A DNA stretch of 64,000 nt from positions 203,769 through 267,768 of the forward strand of contig JAAXWR010000001.1 of NCBI GenBank assembly GCA_013334825.1, given 5' to 3'. Below, piece by piece: positions 63,189 through 64,000 of this stretch. The translations under genes and the position numbers were made by a program. The DNA comes from Candidatus Yonathbacteria bacterium. Its GTDB lineage: Bacteria; Patescibacteriota; Minisyncoccia; Phycocordibacterales; JACNGX01. Every line of letters starts with the position of its first letter. Within the stretch, counting starts at the first letter, position 1. Below the pieces are notes generated by a model, which saw only the letters and a list, made by a program, of their open reading frames with translations, was not told the origin of the DNA and did not search any database.

Positions 63189-63839
63189 ATGGAAATGGAA
63201 CAAGAGTCTATTGACGGGCTTATTGAGGCGGTACTCTTCTTTAAAGGAGAGCCGGTTTCTCTTGCTGAACTTGCGAAAACAACACATATGACGCTTACTG
63301 AGATAGAATCTGCGGTGGGTGTGTTGTCTACCCGACTTTCTGGTGGTATTCGTTTGATGCGACAAGATGACATGGTGATGCTTGCAACTGCACCAGAATA
63401 CGCTGTGCATATTGAGTCGTTGATAAAAGAAGAACTTTCAAAAGACCTTGGAAAGGCAGGAGCAGAGACTCTCGCCGTTGTTTTGTATATGGGACCGGTA
63501 ACGCGCGCACGTATTGATCATATTCGTGGAGTTAATTCCACATTTATCTTGCGTAATCTTGCAGCGCGTGGACTTGTTGAAAAAATGCCGCATCCCACCG
63601 ATAGTCGAAGTATGCTCTATCGACCGACACTCGCACTTCTCGCACATCTTGGTGTGTCTGATGCGACACAATTACCGGAGTATCGTACAATTCGTGATGA
63701 AATCGGTGTATTTGAACAACGCGCAGCATCACACATACAGAATGACTCTGAAGAATCACAACACACTCTTACGGATGATGAGGGGCATGGAGATAATGAC
63801 GTATTAGATATGCAGAGTGATATGTATGATGATGAATAG
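63189..63839 (+). CDS. scpB: SMC-Scp complex subunit ScpB
   Basis: IEAVLF..GEP and ETLAVVLYMGPVTRARIDHIRGVNS. Confidence 0.96.
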   Translation: MEMEQESIDGLIEAVLFFKGEPVSLAELAKTTHMTLTEIESAVGVLSTRLSGGIRLMRQDDMVMLATAPEYAVHIESLIKEELSKDLGKAGAETLAVVLYMGPVTRARIDHIRGVNSTFILRNLAARGLVEKMPHPTDSRSMLYRPTLALLAHLGVSDATQLPEYRTIRDEIGVFEQRAASHIQNDSEESQHTLTDDEGHGDNDVLDMQSDMYDDE

Positions 63840-63843
63840 GCAT

Positions 63844-64000
63844 ATGAATGCTATGACTCAACATAACACACCCCACAATGCGGGTGAAAAAAAGATTCTT
63901 GCTGTGCGTATCATTGCGTACACTCTTTTTGCTATCTCTCTCTATATTACAGTTCCAGCTTTTTTTAATATTGTTGCGTCGCCTCATGTTTTGAGTCAGG
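63844..64000 (+). CDS. Partial CDS with N-terminal TM (runs off the window)
   Basis: Open frame MNAMTQHNT...ILAVRIIAYTLFAISLYITVP continues to the end of the window. Confidence 0.6.
   Translation, partial: MNAMTQHNTPHNAGEKKILAVRIIAYTLFAISLYITVPAFFNIVASPHVLSQ

Overview
A 64-kb segment of a small-genome bacterium using genetic code 11. Gene content and style point to Patescibacteria/CPR, probably Parcubacteria: C-terminally truncated AlaRS, short AspRS, an FtsA-like + baseplate-J-like gene pair, and many near-leaderless genes. The taxonomy is inferred, not database-checked. Core genes: typA, rnj, secG, groES/EL, alaS, the infA-rpmJ-rpsM-rpsK-rpsD-rpoA-rplQ-rplM-rpsI cluster, grpE-dnaK-dnaJ, trpS, aspS and scpA/scpB. 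An accessory island between rpsI and grpE (~38.6-49.9 kb) carries an AT-rich DpnII-like restriction-modification locus with an embedded DUF262/DUF1524 (GmrSD-like) gene, and a CCA/HD nucleotidyltransferase. The most novel-looking signal is a repeated cassette in that island: [small CxxC...CxxC Zn-finger gene or remnant ->][shared bidirectional terminator ACAAAAAAGCGC..GCGCTTT][<- highly diverged ~95-120 aa orphan ending strand-helix-(L/F/V)GFT <- its own near-consensus sigma70 promoter]. A related orphan with the same terminator lies outside the island at 18 kb. Other highlights: a promoter- and terminator-bounded three-hairpin sRNA candidate divergent from infA; several structured 5' leaders; an acyltransferase + unknown metalloenzyme + 7TM histidine kinase block; and a large set of mosaic palindromic intergenic repeats. 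I recognised no tRNA, rRNA, CRISPR array or transposase.
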